Source: Octopus bimaculoides (Eukaryota). From it: 64,000 nucleotides of DNA. A program made the translations under genes and the position numbers. The stretch is from contig NC_068983.1 in the NCBI RefSeq assembly GCF_001194135.2, positions 118,656,632-118,720,631 of the forward strand, in the 5' to 3' direction. A model generated the notes under the pieces. That model was not told the origin of the DNA, searched no databases, and was given only the letters and a program-made list of their open reading frames with translations. Shown here in pieces: positions 12,855 through 26,214 of this stretch. The first letter of the stretch is position 1; each line of letters begins with the position of its first letter.

Positions 12855-15800
12855 CTTTCCACACAGTAAAAAAAAAACGAAAAAAGAAAACTATAAAATA
12901 TTTCAGTTAAAATTGTTAATTCATAAAAAAAATGGATTTGTAGATAAGAACAGGTTTGCTTCATTTCTATAAATCAGGTGTATGTTACATAAAGGAGTGG
13001 TTTCTTGTCTATCATATTTGGAATACTTAATTTGCTGAATGGCCTTTCTCATGCAAAAGATTGTGTAATTATGTCAAACAATAGAACATAGTTTTCACAG
13101 GTGTGTTAATAGTTTTAGGTCACTATATATACATATTATTATGAGCTGGGCAAAGTATTAATCAAGAATCATGATTTAAACAGAATGAATGACCTACAAT
13201 TAGTTTAGGATCAGTAAAGAAGTCTTTTTAAGGGGTTAGGAAACAGAGTAAGTAATTGGAGGTGACTACTATAGCCATACAGGATGTTATAATAGGTCAT
13301 GCAAAAGTAATACTTAAAACTTTCATTCGAATAAGTTAAGTAGACACAACTCCAGCTTTCATTTCATTGAGATAAATAATCTCAATTGCTTTCACTTTAT
13401 TTTTTTCTGTAACACACACTACCTTTAACAATTGTTGTTTCACTTTATAAGTGTCTACAATTGATACATTCCATAGTAAATACATTTGTTTTTAAGATTT
13501 AGCAACAAAGAAAGCAACTTCTAAAAATCAAATGGTAAAGTAAGAGCTGTTATAAGATATATATCAGTTGAAGTGTGAGCAGTAAATTCGGAAAGAGTGA
13601 ATGAAAGGAGAGGAAGAAGTTATGATCTCCTGGGTGTGTTGCAATTTTAACTCACAAGAAAGACTGAGCTCAAGTGTCACAAACCAGGTATTAAATATAC
13701 TGGCTAATATATGCAGGTAACTGAATAGACACTGATATATCATAATGTGAATTAATGATACATGATTTGTAAAAATAATACAGTTACGCTGACAAAAGAA
13801 AAACAAGAATATCTTTGGATGAAACTCCATCCTAAGGAAGATGAAACTTTTCAATATTGTATTGATGGAGATTTTGTTAAGTGTGTGAAAGTGATGTTAA
13901 TCTTACTGTTGTTTAACCTCAGATTAAACTTTGGTTGAACAGACACAAGATCAACGTTATTTCAGGGATAATCATCCCACATATTTGTATATCGAGGATT
14001 ACATTAGCCTAAGTGTTGTTCTGTTTTTAAGAGAGAATTTGACTGACTGCATAGAAACTGTTGAGGTTGAAGATTCTGATTTGACTTATTCAAAATGCCT
14101 CAGTAAGATACATTGTGTGATGATCGTGGCTTGCATGTGATGAACACCCAAAGACTTCAAATCTTTGAGGTCAAATGCAATGATGATAATAACTTGAAGA
14201 ATTGGACAGGTTATTTGCTGAAAACTATTTTTAGTATGAATGACAGACATCATTGATCTGATATTACAAATAGATAGCTGGAATGTAGAGGACCTGTAAT
14301 ATCTACAGGGAACAGAGTAAGAAGAATAAGTTATAGGCTGGCTTGTGTAACATAAGTTTCATTGTCAGATCAAATTGGAAGTGCAATTAGAAATTAGAGG
14401 CATCAAGTATTGTAGGTAAGAAAGTAGAAATGTATGGATACATAATGAAGATCAAAGGGTGGTTGGTAAGGTAATAGATGATTCAATATTGAGGATTTGA
14501 TAATAGCGGAACCTACAGAAAAGAGAAAAAAAACCCCCACTCGATGAACAATTTAAGAAGGCTGAGTTAAAAGAATGAATATTTCAAAAATAACAAAGGA
14601 AATTTGTAGAGGAGGGAAGAAGTTATACTTGTTAATTTACCTATCTATTTTCTAAGTTAGATCCAACACAATTAATGTCTGATGAGAACATTAGAAGTAA
14701 TAAAGAACCAGCAATAACAATTTAATGAAGAGATAACAAAAAAATGTAAAAAAAGCAAAAAAGAAAAAATAAATAATGGAGTAATAAGGAAGATGAAGAT
14801 GTAGAAAAAAAGCTGAAAAAGAGAAAAAAAGAAAAAGAAGAATAGGAGGATGAGCAGAGCAACACTTGTACTAACAAAAACTTTTCCAAAGTTCAGTGAA
14901 AATAGTCATATCAGCTGCATAAACAAAAGCTGCACTATTTGTTCTTGATTGTGCATGCTTGCTGTGGTGATGAATGTCAGACACTGTTAGATGTCAAACA
15001 GCTAACACATCTTTCTTTAGGAGTTTAAAACTGCAAACATGCAAAGCTAATGCATGAACTATAAGCTGAACATCAGAATGTCAGCATTGTTGGTGCAAGA
15101 AGCAGAGATATGATGTTTACATATAAGATGAGTTAATATATAAAATTCTCTCTTGAAAATGGCAAAAGATTTTAGAAGAATTACGCAATATCTAGCCAAG
15201 AATTAGAGAATAAAAAGCAAATGTTAATAGAAAGATGGCAACTTATTGTTTTGGTAACTAATTGGCAGGAAGTGGTATATGTATACTCGCTACAAGGAAG
15301 ATTTGTTTAATATTGCCAGATATTTTAATGACTACCAAAAGGAACTATTGTGGTAGGTAGAATATATGAACCAGAAATGGCAAAAGAAAGAAGCCATTTT
15401 GTATAGCATGGTGCTAATAATTTGATTACATTTAAAATATGATTCAAGAGATACAAATTATGATATACATATGTCAAAATGGTCTTATTGTTTATGTTAT
15501 ATCATGTAAAGATTTATGAGTGAGAAGCTGATTTTGTAGTTTATGGCCCTAGGTCAGCTGTGATCAAGGAGGAGACTGGTATAGCACGCAGGTAGTTGGT
15601 TAGCACAATTTACAGGTCTGTTGTTTTATGTGAGAAGTTATTGCTGTTTAGCCCCGGGTCAGCCCTGATCAAGTAGATCTATAATCAAAGTCATTCAAGC
15701 TATGAACATCCCATATTTTTGCATATCAGAGATTACATTAGTCAAAGCATCCCTCTTTTCTAAGGCAATTGCAATGTGAAGGAGATTAGGCTATTACTAG

Positions 15801-15882
15801 CAGGTCAAACAGCAATAGCGTCCTCTTGGGTTGTATTGGCATTGACCTGTATAGGTATGAGCACCAAACTACCATTTATTTT

Positions 15883-16746
15883 TACAGGCTGTTCCAAGTA
15901 CTTTCAACTTGTTCTGAGGGTGCCATCTTTTGCATTGACAAATTTGATGCTGTGATTAGCTATTCCATGCTGAAAGGCGTAGCCTGGCATCTGTAGAAAT
16001 AAGATTGCTACACAAGTAACTATATATAGTGGACTGTGGCATAATTAAATCCCACATGCATTCCTCAGTTTTATCACAGTCACAACATAGTACTGCATAC
16101 AGAAACACCAGCAAAGTTTTGCAACACACACCACTAAAAACCCACTGATCTGGTAGGATTGTTCTTCAGGTGTATTTCCATCTGGAGTACATCATATGTC
16201 TATCCCAATACTCATTCTAGGACCACCTATCTGCATCAGGTTATGAAATAGGTCCTCAGTATACAGTTCCCTCATGTAGTTATTATCTTCATTTGGTATT
16301 TTCAGCAACAAAACCTATTCCTTGTATATTTCTGCATGGTCCTCAGTTTTCAAAGTGTCCCCATAGATTTCTCAAATTCTCCAGCTGGTTGTTCAGGATG
16401 GTTTTCAATTTCTTGCTTCACCAAGCTGATTTAAATTTGTTTCATTTTAATGTTTGTTCATGTTGATTCAACATGTTCTTATGGGAATGTACAGCAATTC
16501 TGACTTCTGTTGCGTCATAAATGGTTGTATCTAAATGACTGAAATTCAAAAAAAATTGTAAAAACCTTGTACTTTCGTTAAATTAAAAGATATAAAAATA
16601 AAAAAGAGGTTATGATTTTCATAATTAGCTTGTAAAACTATGTAAGTATAGAATTATTTTTTTTTAAATTGGATCTGGTGTGTGAGATCAAAAACATTCA
16701 AATCTTATCAGTTAATTCATAATCTCCAAACTTAGTGGATACCTGT
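15883..16746 (-). mobile_element. possible old Tc1/mariner remnant
   Basis: TACAGGCTGTTCCAAGTACTTTCAA at 15883 resembles a Tc1/mariner TIR, with a weak counterpart near 16731-16746. The interior is heavily decayed and I could read no clear catalytic motif. Confidence 0.35.
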
Positions 16747-16875
16747 GGTAGATCAGCTGGCTAGCTGAGCAGAAGGTCAATGATGTGAAGGAAGCGGAAG
16801 GGTAAATTAAGTACCTAGAATGATGTAGGTGTATATATTACATATATATATACATACACATATATATACATATAC

Positions 16876-16912
<37 letters not shown>

Positions 16913-16971
16913 CAATGTTAATTCTCTAAATGAAGTATTAACAGTAACTGCACGATAAGATCAGTGGCTAT

Positions 16972-17016
16972 CGAACGCCGACGAAGGGAAATAACCCTGA
17001 AACCCGGGTGCGTTCG
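16972..17016 (+). ncRNA. Hammerhead-like motif, variant core CCGACGA, non-cleavable GUG triplet
   Basis: CGAACG-CCGACGA-AGGG aaataa CCCT-GAAA-CCCGGG-T-G-CGTTCG. Helices I and II are perfect and helix III is palindromic. Confidence 0.55.
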
Positions 17017-17268
17017 TGCTACAGATCATGATGGGAGGGATAACTTCCCTTGGGAAACAGGACACAGTAGTGTGTCGATAAGCCAGCTGGAGGAGATGTC
17101 CTCCTGGGGCTAAAAGCAACAGTAACATCCACCCCTAGGGGTCAGCCNNNNNNNNNNNNNNNNNNNNNNNNNNNNNNNNNNNNNNNNNNNNNNNNNNNNN
17201 NNNNNNNNNNNNNNNNNNNNNNNNNNNNNNNNNNNNNNNNNNNNNNNNNNNNNNNNNNNNNNNNNNNN

Positions 17269-17304
<36 letters not shown>

Positions 17305-17695
17305 GCGCACACACAAATATATATATAAATATATGTATGTATGTATGTGATATTATGAGAGCACACTTGCTATATGGCAAAATTCTGTTTACATATCTCC
17401 ACTGTGTTGTGCATCTAAGCAAGACACTTAACTGTGTTTACCTTGTTTGGTTATTAAAAAAAACAGCTTCCAGTTGTATTTCATGGTTCAGTGGTTAGTA
17501 GTTAGAGGAATTACCAGTTGTAAAACTATCCCATTCATACAGCTGAAAGCTGTATTTTCATGACCATTACAACACAATTGTGATGAGAAATATAATGAAA
17601 TTAGGGATTTGAGAGATACGACCTTGCAGTTTTATTGAGTTTACATGAGTTTTAAAGCAGGAAGTGACCTTTGCAGAGGAGAAACAGTAGTCACT

Positions 17696-17966
17696 TTAAC
17701 CCTTTAGTATTCAGATTCCTCTGTCAAATATAATGCTTATTTATTCACATTGTTTTGAATTAACCATGCATTATATTGTAACTTTCAGATTTTCATAACA
17801 TGATTGCTTAATTTTAGAAAGACATTGTAGGGTAGGTGTGAAAGGCAGGATCTGGCTGGTTTAAACATAAACATGTAGAATATTTAGGCTAAATCTTGCT
17901 AGTTTGAATATAAATCATATAGACTATTTAGGCCAGAGCTGGCCGGTTTGAACTCTAAAGAGTTAA
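17696..17966. mobile_element. piggyBac-type MITE copy
   Basis: TTAACCCTTTAGTATTCAGATT ... CTCTAAAGAGTTAA. Confidence 0.75.
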
Positions 17967-18296
17967 AACAACTTTCTACAGATTAGTGAAAAAGCAAAAT
18001 GCAATTTTCTTTCTATGGTTACTTAAAAGGAAATCTCCACATAAGTGTTTACAAAAGAATTAAATATTTACAATGGAACACAGTCATTTCAATTTCATAT
18101 CTTTGAGGTCACATCTAAAGTCGTTTTACAAAATGAACTTTGATTTTGAAAAATCAAATGTGAGTGGTGGTGACACACTGAATGATGTGCAGGAAAATTC
18201 TTAATTAAATGGTCTTGAAACCTACAAAGGAGTTGAAATAATGACAGATGGTTTTAGATAGTAAATCACATTATTCTATTTACTTCCGTCACTTAC

Positions 18297-18358
18297 TCTA
18301 GCTGAAACAACACCAAAATCACTGTAGAGACAGACACTACAAATTAAATTACATGTTC
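18297..18358 (-). CDS. Candidate coding exon
   Basis: Acceptor TTTTATCTTCTGTGTTAG and donor AGA|GTAAGT; reads TCNLICSVCLYSDFGVVSAR. Confidence 0.3.
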
Positions 18359-18589
18359 CTAACACAGAAGATAAAATATAAATTTTGAAGACTTATTTGA
18401 CACATACTCCCCACCACTACAAAAAAAAAAACCTAAAAAAAAACTGGTAACAAACAAAATAAAAATGAATTTTCTTTTTATACTTAAGTTTGAATATTTG
18501 GTCTAATAGAATTTATTACTCAGTGTAACACCTGTATAAACTATATCAGTTTATCAGTTGATTTGTCTCTCTCAACTCGTAGTTGCTTC

Positions 18590-18930
18590 TCAGCCACATA
18601 GTTCTGAGTTCAGTCCCACAGTTGCACCTTGGGCAAGTGTCTTCTACTATAGAGCCAGGCTGATCAAAGCCTTGCGAGTGGATTTGATAGATGGGATCTG
18701 AAAGAAGTCAGTTGTGTATATATACATTCATGTGTTTGTGTGTGTGTATATTTTTGTGTTTGTCTACCACCACTACATGACAACTGGAATTGGTTTGTTT
18801 ATGTCACTTTGACTTGACAGTTTGGCAAAACAGATCGACAGAATAGGGACTAGACTTAAAAATGAGTACTGCGGTTGATTTATTTGACTAAACCTTTGAA
18901 AGTGGTGCCTTAGCATGGCTGCAGTCCAAC
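18590..18930 (+). mobile_element. SINE family A copy
   Basis: CACCTTGGGCAAGTGTCTTCTACTATAG ... AGTGGATTTG ... GCATGGCTGCAGTC. Confidence 0.85.
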
Positions 18931-19907
18931 AAATAAATGATAAAACGCAATGAATTTAGAAATTTTTCTTCCACTGACTTATCTCACATTTACAGAGTAG
19001 AGAATCTCAAGAGAGAGACACTGAATGGATATATAGCTCAAGATTCAGGAGAGCAAGAAGTCTCTATGAAATAGCTTGACCTGCAAAACATTGCTGCCAG
19101 ATCATCTTCAAATACTACTACATCATCTTAAAAACAGTTAAATCTGCAAGATAAACTAATATTTAATATAATATGGCATAAAAAAAAAGAGAGAGAATGG
19201 TTTCAACTAGAAGGCTGGTTAACAAATATGTTCTTAACACACAGAAATATTTATCACAGCATGTGTGAACATCATCTGAGAGTAACAGCAGCTATGAACC
19301 AGTATGATGTAGGTTGTAAAACATGTAAAAAGGTAAGTATCTTATGAAGTCTACAAAATGGTTACACAAACACAACCAAATAACATTTACTTCTACTCAA
19401 AAAAAAAAAAAAAATACCCAACTTTACAGGGGTGGAAAAAATAACAGTGTCAGCAATACCAACTATGAAAAAGAAAGAAGTACTGTTGCTATCATTCTTT
19501 CTAATATTACGAATCAGCATATAATGCATTTAAAAATGTTGTAAACACACACATAAAATCTAACAAATACAGCAACACAACATTAACAACATTAAAATTA
19601 CCTTTATGGAACTAAAAGATTTTATCATCACATATGCATTAATTTAGCAAACATTCTTACAGCCAGAAAACAGAACATCTAGCATTCCAAATTATATTTA
19701 AAAAAAGACAAGACCAGTTGTTTCACATACATATACTTATTACAAGTGACTTTTGTAAACTAATCAGAAATGACACCACACAAAAAATACACACTTTCAA
19801 AATAAAAATAAGCAACAAGAAGCACGTTAATATGATAAATATCTAAATCCCACCACTAACCTAACCCACTTCACTACTACTAGATTGCACTGCCCAGCTA
19901 CAATGTT

Positions 19908-20287
19908 TTAACACTTTATCATTCAGATTACTCTGTCAAATGTAATGCTATATTTATTCCAACTGCTCTTCCTCACCTCTCTCTTGTAACGGTCTCCCTA
20001 CATGCTGCACGCTGTCATGCATGCTTCGGTAGCTCGCAGGCCAACACTGTTGCCGCTCAATCGACTGGTTTGCTGCCGGGAATGATGTCATCACTCGTGT
20101 TTCCTGTACTCATGTGTGGGTTTCGTCTTTTTTTAATCATGCACTAGTTTGTAGCTTCGAGACTTCAACGATGTGATTTTTTATTTTCAGACTGACGTTG
20201 GGAGGTGGGCATGAGAGATTGGATCTGGCCGATTTGAACATAAATATTTTGGCTGGATATGGCCAGTTTTAAATGCTAAAAGGTCAA
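19908..20287. mobile_element. piggyBac-type MITE copy with an internal insertion
   Basis: Family sequence on both sides of a foreign GC-rich block at about 19960-20132. Confidence 0.7.
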
Positions 20288-20427
20288 GGCACTCACAAAC
20301 ATCATTAAAAGAGATTTTAATGACCTCAACACCTGGTTTTCAAATAGTACAGATAACGAAAGAGGTAATTTAGTAGTATCACAACTAAATGCTCTTTACA
20401 TCTTGAACAACAATAAAATCAGCATAC

Positions 20428-20500
20428 TTTTCTGATCAAGCTGAGTAACAAGTCTCTCACAGGCATTGGCTACTCCTCTGCATTTAGCAATCACAACCAG
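20428..20500 (-). CDS. Candidate coding exon
   Basis: LVVIAKCRGVANACERLVTQLDQK; donor AAA|GTATGC, weak acceptor. Confidence 0.25.
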
Positions 20501-22531
20501 CTAGCACGCAATTTTTCAATTTTCCTAAGATTTTCTACCTATTTTTCACCACAACACACTCTCATGCCAATAAAGAAGAAAAAATAAAAACCACTTCAAA
20601 ACAGCATAGAACTTCAAGGTTTGCAAAATTCAGCAACACCACAAACACTAACAGAAATTGCAATAGAAACATTCAACAAAATCATTATAGTTGCATAATA
20701 ATAATAATAATATTAATAATGCTTCCAAATTTTGGCACAAGGCCAGCAATTTGAGTGAGGGGCAGGTTGATTATATCAATTCCAGTATTCATGTGGTACT
20801 TATTTTATTGACCTTGAAAGGACGAAAGACAAAGATGATTATGACAGAATTTGAACTCAGAAGGTAAAGATGGAAAAAATGCTGCTAAGCATTTTGCTCA
20901 ACATGCTAATGATTCTGCCAGCTAGCTGCCTGAACACCAATAACAACAACAACAACAGTAAAAACCCGCAAGGCAACATAAAAAATATAAATCTCAAACA
21001 CAATACCTCAAAATAACACAAAATTACCATCCTCATTCTTATGACCACTTTCCCATACAGGTGTGGGTTATAAGGCAGGGCTTTTTGAGGCAGTGTTTTA
21101 TAACTAAAAGGCTTTTCCTAATGCAATGCAACAACTTCAAATATTAAACACACACTGCAACACCAAGTAAACATTCTTGACAGACATTTCTTGAATATCA
21201 ATTACCAAATACCACATACCATGAACATTAAACAAAAAATATGCACCCTCCTCCTGGACAGTGATTTTAACTTCTTCCTTCCATTATACACCTACACAAA
21301 AGATAACAACAGGCCAGGCAAAACTACAAACACACCTAAACTACCTAGGGCTTAAAGGAATTCTTGCATTCATTAACACCTACAACTATTCATATCAACA
21401 TTTCAAATTCCTAGAACCCTAAAGACCAACAAAAACTATGTGGAACTACCAGTGTAAACATCTATCACCTTCCTGGTCTATGTCAGCTCTACCTTGGCCA
21501 CTAATCACTCCGCAACAAACTACAATAAATTACAAAAATACAAAACAATCTAATATGCATTGTGCAACTTTGCATACTCATTACACCCACAGACCAGACC
21601 AGACCAGACCACAAATCTCCCACACAATGAAATATATCAAGCAAAAACAAATAAAATGGAAGAAAACCTGGATTTTTTGCTACAGCAAACTAAAAATCTC
21701 AGTCACAGTCACTATATATATATATATATATCACTTTCAATTATACACACACACACACATAAGCCAGGTCACCACTGCAACAACACCTTAACAACACTAT
21801 CTTTCTCACTCAGCCTAGACAAACATACGGAACACATACAGAAACAGCTGCAACATCAATAGCTTCACAGGTCCCAAACACTGTATGCAAACCACTAACA
21901 ATATGTGCAGAAGAAAAATAACTGCAAACAGAAATAGATAGGACAGTGAAGATAGCACAGTATGTCTAGACTGCCACACTGTATTTCACATGGAACTGAT
22001 GGTTGCATGATAGAGTGTGTAGCACGAGTCTCAACCAAACATTGATATGGTATAACTGAGAAGCTGGATCTGTCGGCCACGTCTTACTGTTTGGCTAACC
22101 ATATGCATGCCACAGAATAACTCAATTTGGTCTGCTCTGGGATTACACAACAACAACAACTGATTAAACTTGGTTAAACAGAAAGAAAGGAAATTCTTCA
22201 GTCACGAAGAGCGGTGTTCTTGCTGAATATTATGATATAGTCAGTTATATGTAATTTAGATAATGGAAAAGAAAAAGTTTTTAAAAATTCCCCAAATCAC
22301 ATTAAACAGGTTTGTTGTTCTGTCACTCTGTAAGATATTTTTCTTTGTATATAATATAGATAGCTATAGATATGTGTGTGTGTGTGTGTGTGTACAGACA
22401 TAACTGGTTTATGAGTTTTCATAATGTCTCAAGCAGGTTACATGGAAGTAGTTTCTCCATTATATTCTCCTGGGAGGCAGGAAGCCTAACATTTTTCAGA
22501 AAGTTGCAAATTGCGAATGTTCACACCTCAT

Positions 22532-24755
22532 AATCATCATCATTATCGCTTAACATCCGCTTTCCATGCTAGCATGGGTTGGACGATTTGACTGAAGACT
22601 GGTAAACCAGATGGCTACACCAGGCTCCAATCTGATTTGGCAGAGTTTCTACAGCTGGATGCCCTTCCTAACGCCAACCACTCCAAGAGTGTAGTGGGTG
22701 CTTTTACGTGTCACTGGCACGAAGGCCAGTCAGGAGGTACTGGCAACAGCCACGCTTGAAATATTTTACGTGCCACCTGCACAGGAGCCAGTTCAGCGGT
22801 ACTGGCAACAAACTCGCTCGAATGTCTTTTCACGTGCCACTGGCACAAGTGTCAGGAGGGCGACGTTGGTAACGATCACGCTCAAATGGTGCTATTTTCG
22901 TGCCCCCGGCATGGAAGCCAGACAGCTGGTGCTCTGGCAATGATCACGTTCAGACAGTGCTCTTAGTGATCTACTGGTACAGGTGCCATCACGATTTCAC
23001 TTTCGCTTGCCCCAACAGGTCTTCGCAAGCCGAGTTTAATGTTGAATGAAGAGACGTTGGCATGGGTGCCAGTCTACAGATTTAGTTTGATTTCGATTTC
23101 ACTTGCCTCTACAGGTCTTCACAAGCAGAGTTTAGTGTCCAAAGAAGGAATGTTACGCGTAAGTGGGCTGGCTACATCCCAGGCAGAGGCCTTGGATTTT
23201 GGTCTGACATGGCTTGCTGGGTCTTCTCACGCACAGCATATTTCCAAAGGTCTCGGTCAGAAGTCATTGCCTCGGTGAGACCTGATGTTTGGTGCTTCAC
23301 CACCTCATCCCAGGTCTTCCTGGGCCTGCCTCTTCCACGGGTTCTCTGAACCGCTAGGTGTGGCACTTTTTCATACAGCTATCCTCATCCATTCTTGCCA
23401 CATGTCTATACCAGCGCAATCGTCTCTCTTGCACACCACAACTGACGCTTCTTAGGTTCAACTTTTCTCTCAAGATACTTACACTCTATCGGGTATGCAC
23501 ACTGACATTACTCATCCATCAGAGCATACTGGCTTCATTCTTTGTGAGCTTATGAATGTCCTCAGCAGTCACGGCCCATGTTTCACTGCCGTGTGGCATG
23601 GCTGTTCGTACACATGTGTCTGCCTTTTACTCTGAGTGAGAGGCCCTTTGTCGTCAGCAGAGGTAAGAGCTCTCTGAACTTTGCCCAGGCTATTCTTATT
23701 CTTATTCTNNNNNNNNNNNNNNNNNNNNNNNNNNNNNNNNNNNNNNNNNNNNNNNNNNNNNNNNNNNNNNNNNNNNNNNNNNNNNNNNNNNNNNNNNNNN
23801 NNNNNNNNNNNNNNNNNNNNNNNNNNNNNNNNNNNNNNNNNNNNNNNNNNNNNNNNNNNNNNNNNNNNNNNNNNNNNNNNNNNNNNNNNNNNNNNNNNNN
23901 NNNNNNNNNNNNNNNNNNNNNNNNNNNNNNNNNNNNNNNNNNNNNNNNNNNNNNNNNNNNNGCACATTTTCAGTGTTTATTGCACCTGAACATCTGCCAC
24001 ATACAAAAACTAACTTCCTAGTTAACCTGCCTTTGATATTGCTGCACCTCTTATGTGTCCATAGCTTGCACTGAGTACATCTTATAGAATTTCTACCTAC
24101 ACCTTTTCTACAGATCGAGCAGGGCCATCTACCTAAAGGGGTTTGTGTTTTGTCTACTTTCCTACTTATTAGGACTTTGGTTTTAGCTAGGTTGACTCTA
24201 AGGCCCTTCAATTCTAGTCCCTGCTTCCACACCTGAAACTTCTCATAGTTCGGATAGTGACTCAGCAATTAGTGCAAGGTCATCAGCATAGAGGAACTCC
24301 CAGGGGCATCCTGTCTTGAATTCCTCCGTTATCGCCTGGAGGACTATGATAAATAGGAGGGGGTTGAGGAGAGGACCTTCGTGGACCCCTACCTCTACCC
24401 GGAATTCTTCACTGTACTCATTGCCAACCCTCACCTTACTGACAGCATCTCTGTACATGGCTCACACAGCTCTCACTAACCATTCTTCTATCCCTAGTTT
24501 CCTCATTGACCACCAGATGAGAGATCGGGGGACCCTGTCAAAGGCTTTCTCCATGTCAAAGAAAGCCAGGTACAGAGGTTTATTCTTGGCTAGGTATTTC
24601 TCCTGCAGCTGTCTTACCAGAAATATAGCATCAGTGGTGCTTTTCCCTGGCATGAACCCAAACTGCATCTCATCTAAACTGACACGCTCCCTAATTAGTT
24701 GGGCTATGACCCTCTCTGTGACTTTCATAACCTGATCTGACAACTTGATACCTCC
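22532..24755 (-). mobile_element. RTE-clade LINE, 5'-truncated and degraded (RT, PHD-like finger, C-terminus, 3' UTR, (GAT)n tail)
   Basis: RT motifs QFGFMPGKSTTDAIF, DMEKAFDRVPR, VGVHEGPLLNPLLF and LYADDLALIA (ORFs 24462-24743 and 24243-24458). C-terminal RGRGRPRKTW (ORF 23172-23366). (ATC)n tail on the plus strand at about 22532-22545. An N gap lies inside the element. Confidence 0.93.
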
Positions 24756-25972
24756 TTCTATTAAAATTAAAAGAACAGCTCCAGCCCAGAAAACAAAGTC
24801 TCAGCTCACCAGGACTAAATAGAATGTGCACTAATGTTGATTACATAATTATAGCTGATGTATATTCATGATCAAGATGTTAACAAAGCAATTGCATAAA
24901 CAAGGCTACTCTGGTAAATGTAAAACAGTATCAGAAAACAATCAGCACTTAAGGGGTATGACCTATTGATAGACAGGAGAAATGAGAAACAAATACATAT
25001 CCAGTAAATATAAGTGCTTTAAAATTTTTATTATTGTTTTGTAAGAGATGGAAAGGTAGCACCAATGATCTTTTCCATAACCTCTAACATAGGTTGGAAG
25101 AAAAGGGGAAATTATTTTCAGACCGAAGACCAAATCCAAATGCTTACAAACAGAGTGGCCTCTATAAAAGACAACCAAGAACTAGGTAGTGGTGTTAAAC
25201 TACTCGATGGGTTAAGTCTACCACTTAAGAACAAGTAAAGTCCATTCAAAAGATTTCCACACAGTTCCTGTCTAGCAAATTTTATTTACACAATTTTGGT
25301 GACTTGAGGTTATCGTAGAATATATTTGGCTTATGATGTAGTATGACTAATAAAAAAATGCCTATATATTTAGTTTGACATTAAAGCACATGAAGAAATA
25401 CAAAAAGAATTCTAAGGACTCTGTGCTGAGGAAGTACTGATTTCAGCTTAGTTAATATAAATATTTATCAATCTCAACACATTGAATGAAAGGGATTTAA
25501 AAGATCTCATTACAAAAGTACAAACCATTCATTCAAGAGAAACAACCAAATAATGCAATATCCTCAATGGTAGGTAGTGAAAATATTAGCTAACAAAAAC
25601 ATAGTATGCATACATAATTTGAAGTGATTGATCAAATCAAGATCAATATGGAAAATAACTGCTTAAATGATTTTTACATATTTAACAACAACAAAATTGA
25701 CAAACTTGGACTTTAAAACCATAAAGCAAATGGAAAACTTCAGATACAGCTTAAATGCATGTAATAATCGAGGAAGAAAACGCCTGTGGAGCATGTTTTA
25801 TAAAGTATCTATAACAGAATAAGTGTCCTTACACTGATGGTGTTTGGAAATTGACACAAAGTCTAAGACTGCTTGGTGACAGAATTTCTGCATTTTATTT
25901 CAACATACGAGTTGAGCATGTAGCTGATTATGGAAAGTACTGGTAAGTACACCCCTTGTATGGCTATGTAAT

Positions 25973-26214
25973 GTTATCGCCTGGAGGACTATGATAAATA
26001 GGAGGGGGCTCAGGACAGAATCTTGGTGAACACCTACCTCTACCCGGAATTCTTCACTGTACTCATTGCCAACCCTCACCTTACTAACAGCGTCTCTGTA
26101 CATGGCTCGCACAGCTCTCACTAACCATTCTTCTATCCCTAGTTTCCTCATTGACCACCAGATAAGGGATCGGGGGGGGGACCCTGTCAAAGGCTTTCTC
26201 CATGTCAAAGAAAG
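25973..26214 (-). mobile_element. RTE LINE internal RT fragment
   Basis: Closely matches 24328-24565. Encodes DMEKAFDRV...WWSMRKLGIEEWLVRAV...VGVHQDSVLSPLLF. Confidence 0.9.

Noticed and set aside
13560-14330. Possible ancient non-LTR RT remnant (FQG motif near 13960)
   Set aside because: It has many stops and no YxDD or second motif, so it is too decayed to call.
19260-19332. Plus-strand exon candidate (MCEHHLRVTAAMNQYDVGCKTCKK, donor AAG|GTAAGT)
   Set aside because: It is isolated with a weak acceptor, I found no partner plus-strand exons, and the local A-rich skew favours a minus-strand transcript.
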